Shown here one piece after another: positions 27,416 to 37,187 of a DNA stretch of 64,000 nt (position 1 is the first letter of the stretch; each line of letters starts with the position of its first letter). Origin of the DNA: a virus; the IMG/VR virus record IMGVR_UViG_3300046674_000314, positions 1-64,000 of that record. One strand, written 5' to 3'. The notes beneath the pieces were generated by a model that was not told where the DNA came from, did no database searches, and saw only the letters and a program-made list of their open reading frames with translations. A program made the translations under genes and the position numbers.

Positions 27416-27706
27416 GAAGATTTAGTGCCCCTTGCTATCAAAAAGATAGTTCCAAAAAGCCTTCACCGCAGCGAAGACTACCCACATCAACAGGAATTTC
27501 AGCCCGTAGGCGATGGCGCTCATGCCAGCAGGTAGGCCAGATAAACGGCCGCAATGAATGTCAGGGATTCGTACATTTTGTTTCGCTCCAAAGCAAGTTA
27601 AGGAATGCAGCAGCTACGCGGGCTTTCATCCGACTGCGGTATGTGGCTACAACCCGCATTTGCCCGCAATGCTGCGTGACAACATCGCAATCGACGGCAA
27701 CAAATT

Positions 27707-27973
27707 TCATGACTTGAAGTATCCGCTGAATTCATCACCAAGAGTGCAGACGAAAACATATCCGCGCTCCGTTTCGCCAGCCACCCACAATGCATCCTTC
27801 GGAATCGACGTCAGATACTGGCGGACGAAAAGCATTGCTGCCGCTGCATGGTTATCGCGCTCACCGGGTTCGTGATCGTAAGGTACTTCGATGAAGTGAT
27901 CGTTGGCAACAGCCCGGATCACAGCACCCCGGCGGTTGGTAGGTCCAAGGTACTTCGTTTCGATTGCGAGCAT
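27707..27973 (-). CDS. Small conserved phage protein
   Basis: IETKYLGPTNRRGAVIRA N-terminus. Confidence 0.65.
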   Translation of the reverse strand: MLAIETKYLGPTNRRGAVIRAVANDHFIEVPYDHEPGERDNHAAAAMLFVRQYLTSIPKDALWVAGETERGYVFVCTLGDEFSGYFKS

Positions 27974-28395
27974 GATTAAATCTCCGCGATATGAAGGTTA
28001 CGAATTTCGCCCGAGTCAACAGCATCACCCCAAGCCCGGTAGATTTCGATGGCGTCCGCGGTCGTCGGGAAACCCGAGTGCGCCCAGCATTCAGCCATCG
28101 GCAACCAGCGCTCGTAGGTTACCATGTGGGTATAGCCCGCGCACTTCATCCGGAAAAGCTTTTCGTCGGTCAGCAACATGATTTCATCCTTTTAGTCGTT
28201 AGCTTGCGCGTGGCGCATGGCAACATCGCGCGCCTTCAGGATCACCTTCAGCGACCCAGTGATGTTCCACTTGTCGCCATCCTTGGCTTCAACGATCTTT
28301 GCTTCTTCGTCGGTGCGATATTGAATTCCATTCAGTTCAAATTCGAGGAACATTTGATTTCATCCTTTAGGTCAGGGGCTAGCGCGTTTCGCTAA

Positions 28396-28433
28396 CCATG
28401 AATCTATTATAGAGAATTCTTGGTATATCGCAC
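28396..28433 (-). promoter_or_regulatory. GTGCG-type promoter cassette (GTGCGA-16-TATAAT-AGATTCATGG)
   Basis: Direct read. Confidence 0.75.
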
Positions 28434-28600
28434 ATTGAGAATTCTAATCAATCGGCTTAGTCCATCGCATCATTCAATTGGAAGACTAATCGGTTCGCTT
28501 CTATATTGAATTCATGCAAGGCAAATACGAATCTAATAGAAAATATTAATAAGATACGAGGAAATACCGAAACATCTACTCAATTCAGGGGCACACCATC

Positions 28601-28987
28601 ATGAGCGCAAAATTCTATGCGAGCAAATCGGCAGCGGTTCGTCACGCGGTTAACTATATCGGTGGCGATTGGGAAAAAGAGTATTTGGTACATGAGGTCG
28701 AACTACCGGATGGCGGAACGTACTTCGCTATCGTTTCTCGGAAACATGCGCTTGCGCCGATGCCAACCAGCAGAGGGTCAGCCGTATCTGAGCGGAAGAC
28801 AGCTGTTGCGCCGTCCTTTATCCCGCGTTCGCGCATCAAGGGCGCCACGCGTCGGGTTTGGGATATTGCGGATTTAATGCAAGGCAAGGCCCGTAGAGAG
28901 GTCTTAGAAGAGTGCCGTCGACAGGGGATCGCATCAGGCACCGCAGCAACGCAGTACCAACGCTGGAAACAAGCGACGAGGAAATGA
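28601..28987 (+). CDS. Putative DNA-binding regulator with C-terminal VWxxAD...TQYxxW domain
   Basis: GATRRVWDIAD...GIASGTAATQYQRWK; lone divergent gene with AT-rich upstream region and a terminator. Confidence 0.75.
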   Translation: MSAKFYASKSAAVRHAVNYIGGDWEKEYLVHEVELPDGGTYFAIVSRKHALAPMPTSRGSAVSERKTAVAPSFIPRSRIKGATRRVWDIADLMQGKARREVLEECRRQGIASGTAATQYQRWKQATRK

Positions 28988-29010
28988 TCTAGAAACGGGG
29001 CGTAGGTTTG

Positions 29011-29047
29011 GCGGCTGGCTCTAAAGGCGACCAGCCGTCTTTTTTTC
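29011..29047 (+). terminator. Intrinsic terminator
   Basis: ggcggctgg...ccagccgtc followed by a T-run. Confidence 0.75.
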
Positions 29048-29883
29048 GTCTTATATTTCCCTAGCCACAATCTCTAGCTGATAGTTGCTGACTTCGTACA
29101 GGAAGTCACGACTTTCTTCGCTGCGGCCTTTGCTGGCCCATGCGCTAAACCAATTCTCTTTCTCGTACCCTTGGCTTTCGGCCGCAATTTCCAACAACTC
29201 CAATACTGCGCGTTCGTTGATAGGGTTGCCATTCCAGAAGCAGTTGATAATGGTGCGGCTCATTTCGTTTTGTATCCGGTTAGTCAAAGTGAGATTAGAT
29301 TTTAGTCGCCGGTCTCCCGGCGCGCAACGTGATTTAGTGTACCCGATCGAACATTTCGGTAGCTTGCTTGTACACCGGGTGCAGGATACCGACCGAATGC
29401 TTCAGCGAAACCAGCGCGCGTCGGCTCGCCTCTTTTAACATGCCTTGGTCGCGCAAATTCATGGCGTCCAGATAGGCGAGGATGGCGGACTCATGACCCG
29501 GCGCGTAGTTGCGGGCGAGTGCGAAAATTTGATTTACGGGAAACATGGCGTCGGACTCTTCAGATGGTTTCATTTTCGATGAAAGCAACTACTTCCTCGT
29601 TCGGCTCGTTGTTGTCGAGCCATTCGTTAGCATGCCCAAGCGTCGGGAAGGTCTCGTCTGAGTATCGGCAAACTTCACCGGTTTCCAAGATTAGCATGAC
29701 CCGATAGCCGATGATTTCCATTTTCGTCCCCTGCGTCTAGCGGCTGGCGGGAATCGCCTAACCCATGCCTCTAGTATAGACCTTCCTCATAAGATTGCAC
29801 GATAATTCTATTATTTGCGAGTTTCAGAATTCTAATATAGAATGCAATCCTGTCGAAATTCTCTATGACCGAAAGGGGATGAA

Positions 29884-30096
29884 ATGAACACGCGTAGTAA
29901 ACTCGCAGCAAAGGTACGGGAAATGCTCAATGATCCGTACCGCACCGAAACGCTCGCTAGCATTGCCGAACATTCGAACGTGTCGTTCGCTTTTCTGAAT
30001 CGCTTTAAAGGTCCGATTGGCGAGACCGAAGTACCTAGTGCCGATAGACTCGAAAGACTCTATGAGTATCTCACCGGAAAGGAACTGGAGTTTTAA
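29884..30096 (+). CDS. Small XRE/Cro-like HTH protein
   Basis: TLASIAEHSNVSFAFLNRF...PSADRLERLYEYL; directly upstream of the primase. Confidence 0.75.
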   Translation: MNTRSKLAAKVREMLNDPYRTETLASIAEHSNVSFAFLNRFKGPIGETEVPSADRLERLYEYLTGKELEF

Positions 30097-30100
30097 GCCC

Positions 30101-32392
30101 ATGTACCAAGCTACTCAATGGTGGGATAATATCCCCCATGCGATGCGAGACCATGCGCATTTCATGTGCGCGACCGATAAGAAAATACCATTCAATCCAT
30201 ATACTGGCTCGTTCGGCAAAGATGACCCTGCCAATTGGATGACCTATGGCGATGCTTGTTATTGGGCTGGCGATAAAGATTTGGTGATCGGCTTTGTACC
30301 GAGACCCGATGACCCATTCGTTATCATCGACCTCGACAATAAGCCCGAAAGCAACATCAGCGCTGAAGACGCCGCGCTGCGCGATCAGCTATTGGCGTGG
30401 GCCATTGAGAATACCTACGTCGAGAAGTCATCGAGTGGGAATGGCTACCATGTGGTCATCACCGGCGCATTGCCAGCGGATATTAACCGCGGTACAAAAC
30501 GAGGCGTCGAGGCATATGCTAATAAGGGCTTCGTTATCCTGACGGGCAACATTATCAGCAAGACGCGGGAAATTGCGCATTCGCCTAGTACTTGCGAATG
30601 GCTTTATGCGACCTATGCCGCAGGTACAGCCACTGATCGGTCAGAAGGGAATGACTTTTATTCTCTGAATCAGGAACAGATCAACAATCCCCCGCAATGG
30701 GAGCTTGACGAAGACCAAAAGTTTTTGGATTCAATCAAAGGCTGGAAAAATGAGAACAAGATTCGTTCCTGGTTCTATGCTGAAGATACCGATGCGACCG
30801 GGGTAGGCGGATCGGTTGGCGATTTACAATTGGTACAGCTGTTTGTTGAATTCACCCGAAAGCGCAAGTATCCGGATGAATCGGCAATGCGTATGTTTCT
30901 TCGCTCGCCGCGTGGTCGCAAGCTTGGGCGCAAAAACGGATCGTGGCCTAAATATTGCATGACCACATTGCTAGCTGCAAAGAATATGGTTGCTAGCGGC
31001 AAAGAAAAACAAACGGGCTTGGCTGAAGGCGTGAACAATATGTTGGCTGAATTTGAAGCCAAGCGCTTGCAGCATGCGGAACTGCATACCGCTAATACAT
31101 TGAATCGTGCAGCCGGTATCCCGATGCCGCAAGTGCCGAATATGCCCCCAGTGGTTTACAAGCACAAATTTGATTTCCTAAAGCCCAGCGACATTTTAAG
31201 CGAAAGCCCTTTGGAGTGGGCGCTCGAAAACGTTTTTCAAATGCGCTCGGTCAATGCTATTTACGGCTGGTCTGGCGTCGGCAAGTCGTTTGTAGCTATT
31301 GACTTAATGTTTGCATTTGCCGAAGGTCGGGAATGGTTCGGCCATGAAACGCAACAACTGAGCGTGACCTATCTTGCGCTTGAAGGTGGCGATGGTTTGC
31401 GTAACCGCTTGCATGCTTATATGCACGGTTCTAAAAAACATAGCTTGCCTGATAGCATCGACATTTATCGGGGCAAATTCAATTTGCGTTCTAAGGAAAT
31501 GATCGGTGAGTTTATTGACCAGCGCAAACAGGCTGAAGCTTTCGGCGGCGTAATCTTTATTGACACCTTTGCGAAAGCTATACCGGGCGCCGATGAAAAT
31601 AGCGCAAATGATATGGGAGACGCAGTTGTAGCTGCCGAATTGATGAAAGATCAGTTGGGTGCGTGCGTCATTATCGTTCACCACAGTACCAAGCCTGATA
31701 AGGTGACCGGAATTGCGGGCGGCTTGCGCGGATCGGGCGCTATTCAAGCCGGTATTGATGGCGTGATGCAGGTTGCCAAGCGTGAAGAGTGGGACGAGAA
31801 AAATGGAACGCTCATTAGCCGCACGCGCTTTATTGTTATGGACAAAGTGAAGGATGGCGAGGACGGTACCCATTATCCGTTTGATCTTCCGAAAGTCAAG
31901 ATCGGTGAGCGCACCCGAAAGAGCGGGGAAATTGTTGATGTATTCTCATGCCATGTGGTCAATTTGCGCGACCAAGTGAACAGCAGAATCGCGCCGGTTG
32001 CAAGCAATAATGTGCCGACCTATAGCGAAGCCGAACATGCAGGAACAGCAGCGACCCGAGTGCCGAAAGCACCGCGCAGTGGAGCCAAGTCACAAAGTGC
32101 AGCGAATGAGCAACACGCAAATAGCTATGAGTGGGCGCAATTGATACAGACCGCGTTGACCTTAGATGCGCAAAGAACCCACTTTGCAAATAAGGGAAAG
32201 TTTGGGGCGCCACCAGATAAAACCGCAACCCCTAGAAGCGCCCTTGTGAATCTCGTTTGGGAGATTGCGAACCCGCCAGAATTGACCCGAGAGTTGAAAA
32301 AGGCTTTGATGAATACGTTAGATTACCAATATAAAAGTGGTAAAATTGGGCGCGCTATGAACGATGGTACTCAATACTTTTGGCAAAGTTAG
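30101..32392 (+). CDS. Primase-polymerase (AEP-type) / RepA-like AAA helicase fusion
   Basis: IIDLD and EKSSSGNGYH primase motifs; IYGWSGVGKS, IFIDT, VHHSTK and LRGSGA helicase motifs. Confidence 0.9.
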   Translation: MYQATQWWDNIPHAMRDHAHFMCATDKKIPFNPYTGSFGKDDPANWMTYGDACYWAGDKDLVIGFVPRPDDPFVIIDLDNKPESNISAEDAALRDQLLAWAIENTYVEKSSSGNGYHVVITGALPADINRGTKRGVEAYANKGFVILTGNIISKTREIAHSPSTCEWLYATYAAGTATDRSEGNDFYSLNQEQINNPPQWELDEDQKFLDSIKGWKNENKIRSWFYAEDTDATGVGGSVGDLQLVQLFVEFTRKRKYPDESAMRMFLRSPRGRKLGRKNGSWPKYCMTTLLAAKNMVASGKEKQTGLAEGVNNMLAEFEAKRLQHAELHTANTLNRAAGIPMPQVPNMPPVVYKHKFDFLKPSDILSESPLEWALENVFQMRSVNAIYGWSGVGKSFVAIDLMFAFAEGREWFGHETQQLSVTYLALEGGDGLRNRLHAYMHGSKKHSLPDSIDIYRGKFNLRSKEMIGEFIDQRKQAEAFGGVIFIDTFAKAIPGADENSANDMGDAVVAAELMKDQLGACVIIVHHSTKPDKVTGIAGGLRGSGAIQAGIDGVMQVAKREEWDEKNGTLISRTRFIVMDKVKDGEDGTHYPFDLPKVKIGERTRKSGEIVDVFSCHVVNLRDQVNSRIAPVASNNVPTYSEAEHAGTAATRVPKAPRSGAKSQSAANEQHANSYEWAQLIQTALTLDAQRTHFANKGKFGAPPDKTATPRSALVNLVWEIANPPELTRELKKALMNTLDYQYKSGKIGRAMNDGTQYFWQS

Positions 32393-32393
32393 A

Positions 32394-32536
32394 TGGTCTG
32401 AATATAATGGTCTGAGTCTGAAAATTGTCTGAATCGTCAGACCGTTTTTCAGACAATTCAGACCAATTCAGACCATTTTCAGACATGCGGTCTGAATCCT
32501 TATGGGATAAGGGATGTAGCGAGTTTCAGACTGGTC
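32394..32536. repeat. Array of GTCTGA/TCAGAC hexamers (candidate right-arm origin)
   Basis: Four GTCTGA then five TCAGAC facing each other within 32396-32485, with further copies near 32490 and 32526; immediately after the primase-helicase. Confidence 0.75.
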
Positions 32537-32897
32537 TTAATCCTTATGCGCGCGTCGCATAGCATTTCACCCTTTCAGGGATGAAATATGCGGCGAAATG
32601 CGAAGGCAAATTTATTTTTCAGAATAGGTGAATTTTTCTAACTTTTTGGAGAAGTGAGAAATGGGCTTTGATCGTAAGATTGCGCAGTTGACAGCAAGTG
32701 GTGCAAACCTTTATTGCGTCGATGATACGGGTGGTGGATGGTGGCTGGATGAAAGCGGTACATGGAAACCATTACCTAAACTTCCGTCTTTTATGGATAC
32801 CGCGAATGAAGCGTATGCAATTGAAACGGCGCGAATTATTCGGGCAAGGGGGCAAGGTGGTTGAAAGGTACAAACGTTTACTTGGAGGACTAGAAAA

Positions 32898-33344
32898 ATG
32901 GGTACAGGAGTAGAAAGGGGTGATCCTGCTGGACTAGCGGGTGCTAGTGAGCATAGCCAGCAGGTAGCGTTGATGGCCGCGGTGGCGCAGTATGTGGAGA
33001 GCGAGCGGGCGCTGCGGTGGCTCTATGCGGTGCCGAATGGCGGGAGCCGTGGTAGCGATCAACGGTCGGCCATGATTCAAGGTGGCATGCTGAAGGCGGA
33101 AGGCGCGAAAGCGGGCGTGGCTGATCTTTGCTTACCTGTGGCTAGGCATGGCTATCACGCATTTTACATTGAGATGAAAAAGCCCGGTGGCGGCGCGCAG
33201 AGCAAAGAGCAAAAAGCTTTCGAGGTACATTGCCAGCAGGAAGGCAACCTCTATGCCATTTTCCACTACTGGCACGAAGCCTTTCGCGCGCTCATGTGGT
33301 ACCTAGGCTTTGAGCATTCGAAAGCTTGGCCGCTGCCTTCGTGA
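32898..33344 (+). CDS. VRR-NUC domain endonuclease
   Basis: SEHSQQ, YAVPNGG, GVADL, YIEMK, QSKEQKAF. Confidence 0.9.
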   Translation: MGTGVERGDPAGLAGASEHSQQVALMAAVAQYVESERALRWLYAVPNGGSRGSDQRSAMIQGGMLKAEGAKAGVADLCLPVARHGYHAFYIEMKKPGGGAQSKEQKAFEVHCQQEGNLYAIFHYWHEAFRALMWYLGFEHSKAWPLPS

Positions 33345-33421
33345 GAGCCGATTTCGGATTATCGGGATCAGCAGAGCATATTCGCCCTATCCGATCCCGA
33401 TTTAGCCAGCCAGAATCGCAA

Positions 33422-33961
33422 TCACTTGGAATTAAAGCGCTTGCTGGCCTCCGCTGCCGCTGCCTCATTCGCCTTTGCCGAATCATTCGCCTTTTTCCAA
33501 GCCTGATACTGGGTACGGGCGGTGCCGCTAGCGATCCCGCGCGCCACGCATTCGTCCTGCACTTCTTTGCGGCTGGGCTTCGGCAAGCCCGCCGCGAGCG
33601 CTGCCGCGATCATTTCATCGGCAATCGCCCAGACTCGCTTAACCGGGCGTTCGACCGAGCTAAGGCGCACCCACAGCTTGCCATTGAGCGTTGATTCGCT
33701 CGCTTGCGCATTGGCGATGCGTTCGGCTTCTTCTTCGAGCGCGGCCGTATCCACTTCAAAATCGCTTGCCTTCGGGAAGGTCCATACATCGGTCTTGCTG
33801 GCTTCGGTCAGGCAAGCTTGCCATGCATTCGAGCGGTCAATCGGCTGGCGAATTTGCACCGTCCATGCGCCATCCACTTTTTCCACAAAGGCGCTTTCTT
33901 TCCATGCGGCGCCAAAGTTTTTGCGAGCGGCATTCATTGCGGCGATATTGGTGGCAAACAT
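33422..33961 (-). CDS. Paralogue of 28601-28987 (VWxxAD...TQYxxW domain)
   Basis: PVKRVWAIAD...GIASGTARTQYQAWK; N-terminus also resembles 28601; ATG 33961 with AGGAG RBS. Confidence 0.75.
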   Translation of the reverse strand: MFATNIAAMNAARKNFGAAWKESAFVEKVDGAWTVQIRQPIDRSNAWQACLTEASKTDVWTFPKASDFEVDTAALEEEAERIANAQASESTLNGKLWVRLSSVERPVKRVWAIADEMIAAALAAGLPKPSRKEVQDECVARGIASGTARTQYQAWKKANDSAKANEAAAAEASKRFNSK

Positions 33962-34093
33962 TTTCTCTCTCCTGAAAGTCAAAAAAGTGGGATCAACCGC
34001 TCTAGTGGATCGAATACGAATCCATGTAGAGATTATAGAAGTGTAATCTGTCTAGCGCACGAATTAGTTTCATGCGCTATGCGGATTAGACTT

Positions 34094-34336
34094 TCAGAGT
34101 GAATCCATATCGCTATCGACTATGCGTCCAGCCTTCAGATAGAGCAGCCAATTGACGCCTTGACATTCGACCATCGCCATCTTCGTCGCATTCGGAATAT
34201 GCTCTTCTTCGTCGATGCCTGCAAATTCGATTTCGCAGCCGCAAGCCAGCAGTTCGAGGTAGAGTTGGCGGTGCTCGCCTTTGATGCAGAGCGTGGCCAA
34301 TTCTTTGATGCCTTTGCTGATGATTTGCTTTTTCAT
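34094..34336 (-). CDS. Hypothetical protein with its own GTGC-type promoter
   Basis: AGGA RBS; GTGCCT-16-TATAAT at 34393-34420. Confidence 0.6.
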   Translation of the reverse strand: MKKQIISKGIKELATLCIKGEHRQLYLELLACGCEIEFAGIDEEEHIPNATKMAMVECQGVNWLLYLKAGRIVDSDMDSL

Positions 34337-34870
34337 GGTGATCTATCCTATTCGTCTTTGGCTGCTGCGGGCTTGCTGCATCCATGAATAGAATTATAGA
34401 TCATGGCGTTTAAAAGGCACGAGAAAAATAGAAAAATCTCGAAAATATATGCTATGCCCTTGCGGCGCGTTTATAGCCCCTTGGCGGGCTTGGTGGCCTA
34501 ATAGATAGCAGAGCATAGGCGAAGGCCCGCGAGCGGCATGTCACGAATCATGCCAGAACTACTCTTATATAAGACTGAAGATTACTCTTGTATAAGAGTA
34601 TGCTGGCAAAGAACATGCCAGCTTGCGCTTTTTAGCTCGAACATTATATCTATCGGGTCACGGGAAGCCCATAGGCGTTAGCTATTTACCATAATGGGCA
34701 TTATCGAAGAATTTGCGAAGGCAATGATTGCGATAGCTAAGAGGTACTGTTGCCCGATAGGCTGGCTATCAATGTTCGATAGAAAATATTGATTAGACGA
34801 TTTCGCGCGCTAATCTATAATTCTCTTTAAGCGATGCAGCCCGCAGCGCTCCGATCAACAGGATAAGATC

Positions 34871-35083
34871 ATGAGATTCGTAGCCAAGCTGACGCACCGC
34901 AATTTCGCCAATGTTACCTATGGGTACGGCGAGAATCAGCGTGATGCCGTTCTGAACGCGTTGGATAAGCTTGGTTCGGTTTTCTTTTGCTCGTTTGATA
35001 CGATGGTATCGATCTACAGCGAGAGCGAGCGAGGGGAAGTGCAATCGGTCTGGCTCGGTGAATTGTGTCACTTCAAAGGCTGA
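34871..35083 (+). CDS. Small hypothetical protein
   Basis: GGATAAGATCATGA start context shared with the ORF at 35195; TATAAT upstream. Confidence 0.55.
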   Translation: MRFVAKLTHRNFANVTYGYGENQRDAVLNALDKLGSVFFCSFDTMVSIYSESERGEVQSVWLGELCHFKG

Positions 35084-35116
35084 TGCGTGGCGGGGTACTG
35101 TTTCCTCAAATTCTTC

Positions 35117-35144
35117 GTGCGCTTTCGGATAGGTAATCTATAAT
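35117..35144 (+). promoter_or_regulatory. GTGCG-type promoter (GTGCGC-16-TATAAT) driving a 54-aa ORF at 35195-35359
   Basis: Direct read. Confidence 0.7.
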
Positions 35145-35654
35145 TCTCTTCATGGGCTGGCGCTGGGCTGGCCCGAGACGAAGGGGATAAGATCATGAAT
35201 TCATTCGACCTGCTGATGGCTGAACACGAAGCGCGCCGCTTGGCTAACAATATCCAAAGCTTCCGCTTCCGCCAATCGCTAGGCTACGGTGATCATAGCC
35301 AAGCCATCAAAGAGCATGAGGAACAGCTGGCTAGCCTGAAGCGGCTGATGGCGAGCTAGCGCCTAGCACGAGCCGTGCCAGCTTGGGCGGCTCTGGCTGG
35401 CTGCGCGGATCAGGCAGAGCGACCACCCCTACCACCAAAGAATGCTTGTGCCGGTACCCTTTATCGTAGCCGGGTACCTCCCACAATTTTCACCAAATCC
35501 TCCACATCACCACCCCTCGTCTTACTCCCCGCACTAATCCCCATTTCCGTACCAAAATTTTATAAAAATTAAAAGGTACAGATTGTCAACAGTGTACAAC
35601 TGAAAGTACATGCTATGCTAGGCGCATTCTATTTCAATGCGTGAGCTAGCGACA

Positions 35655-35729
35655 ATGACCAACTCCACCGACAATCAAGTACTTTGCTTTAATCTCGCTT
35701 CGCTCGACTGCGGGGTGAAGCATGACTAA
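35655..35729 (+). CDS. 24-aa upstream ORF whose first 10 residues equal the TerS N-terminus
   Basis: MTNSTDNQVLCFNLASLDCGVKHD*; overlaps the TerS ATG. Confidence 0.45.
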   Translation: MTNSTDNQVLCFNLASLDCGVKHD

Positions 35730-36294
35730 TTCCACAGATAACCAGGTTCTCAGCCCTGACGGACTCCTGCCTTCCTATGGCGACGAGGAATCGGTCGAAG
35801 ACGTGCTGGCAAAGCGCCAGAAGACCGGTGGCCGCCAGAAGGGTACTCCGAACAAGCAGAAGAAGTTCGAACTGATGAAGACCGCCCAACTCTACGGGCT
35901 GCGCGCGGTTGCCACATTGGTTGAAGCGATGGAAGACGAAGGCGCTCCGTGGACCGCCCGACTTTCCGCCGCCACCGAAATCTTGGATCGCGGTTTCGGT
36001 AAAGCCAAACAAGTGCAAGAAATCACCGGTGCCGATGGTGGTGAAATTCAGAGCCGACTTATCATCGAGTTCGTCGGCCAACTTCCCCAGGTCTCGGCTG
36101 GCGCCTCGACTGAGCGGCCCGTGCAACCTGCCGATGAAGTGCAAGCCAATACCACTGTGGCTAGCGCTCTCAACTCACCTTTCCGCAATGCTCAACTCGG
36201 GCGCCCGGCTTTCGGGTCCGATACCATCACGGACGTGGTGGAGAAGCAAGCCCGCACTCTGCAAGTGCCCGTCTTCAAAAAGCCGTGGGAATAA
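35722..36294 (+). CDS. Terminase small subunit
   Basis: KTGGRQKGTPNK, AATEILDRGFGK, EITGADGG motifs; upstream of TerL. Confidence 0.8.
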   Translation: MTNSTDNQVLSPDGLLPSYGDEESVEDVLAKRQKTGGRQKGTPNKQKKFELMKTAQLYGLRAVATLVEAMEDEGAPWTARLSAATEILDRGFGKAKQVQEITGADGGEIQSRLIIEFVGQLPQVSAGASTERPVQPADEVQANTTVASALNSPFRNAQLGRPAFGSDTITDVVEKQARTLQVPVFKKPWE

Positions 36295-36302
36295 AACCAA
36301 CT

Positions 36303-36563
36303 ATGACTAACGTCCCCGATCTTGCCGCTCTCCACATTTACGCCGACCGCCTGGTTTCGACTCACTATTTGTCAAAATTTCCACCGGATCGGATTGACGA
36401 GGTTAAAGCTTCCATTTACCAGATTCTCGCCAAGCAGGTTTCAAAAGATTTGGTGCCATTGGTCAGACCAAGCGAACTGGTCAACGGTGTGATTATTTGT
36501 GAGCTTGACTTTTTCGCACTCACGCCCGAACAGTATTGGCAATTGGTGAGAAACCAGAAATGA
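36303..36563 (+). CDS. Small protein, paralogue of 36726-37013
   Basis: Shared LH.Y/F..R and LD(F/V)(F/Y).LT...Y..LV patterns. Confidence 0.6.
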   Translation: MTNVPDLAALHIYADRLVSTHYLSKFPPDRIDEVKASIYQILAKQVSKDLVPLVRPSELVNGVIICELDFFALTPEQYWQLVRNQK

Positions 36564-36725
36564 ATCCACTAGCTCGCTGCGCTCGACCGATAAACTTTAA
36601 CGAGGGTGGATACTTTCTCACTTTCTACCACTCGCCCACTTTCACCCGCCTTTACCTCGGGCTTCCGATCAAAGCCCGCTGGGCGCATTGGTCTAAAACT
36701 TGGTGGCACATAGGAGACTCCACAA

Positions 36726-37013
36726 ATGTCCCACATTGAAAACTTACCCGGCATCCACCTTTTCAGCCATCGGGTCATTGGTGCCAATATTGCCGGTGCT
36801 GACATTCAGCGTGAGCACTTGGAGCGCTCGGTGCAAAACGATCTGTGCCGCGACTTCTGCACCCGACTTACTAAACTGGTTCATCGTGAAGAAGGTTCGG
36901 AAGGTAAGCTAATTATGAGCCTCGACGTTTACGTGCTCACTAAAGATGAATACGTGGAATTGGTGAATCGAGCCAATCCCATTCCGCCCGGAGTAGATCA
37001 TGGCCTCTCGTGA
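36726..37013 (+). CDS. Small protein, paralogue of 36303-36563
   Basis: AGGAGA RBS; shared motifs. Confidence 0.6.
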   Translation: MSHIENLPGIHLFSHRVIGANIAGADIQREHLERSVQNDLCRDFCTRLTKLVHREEGSEGKLIMSLDVYVLTKDEYVELVNRANPIPPGVDHGLS

Positions 37014-37187
37014 AGAGTGGGAAGCGAAAAACGAGCAGAAGATTTTTGACACGGCACAGCGCATTTACCAGCAGCAATATGCAATCTATACTGGCCCGCG
37101 CTCTGCGGTGCCCGGCTGGATTTGCCCGTGCTGCCACTTGGCGAATGTGATCACCGACCTTAACTGCACTGACTGCGGACACTCGCA

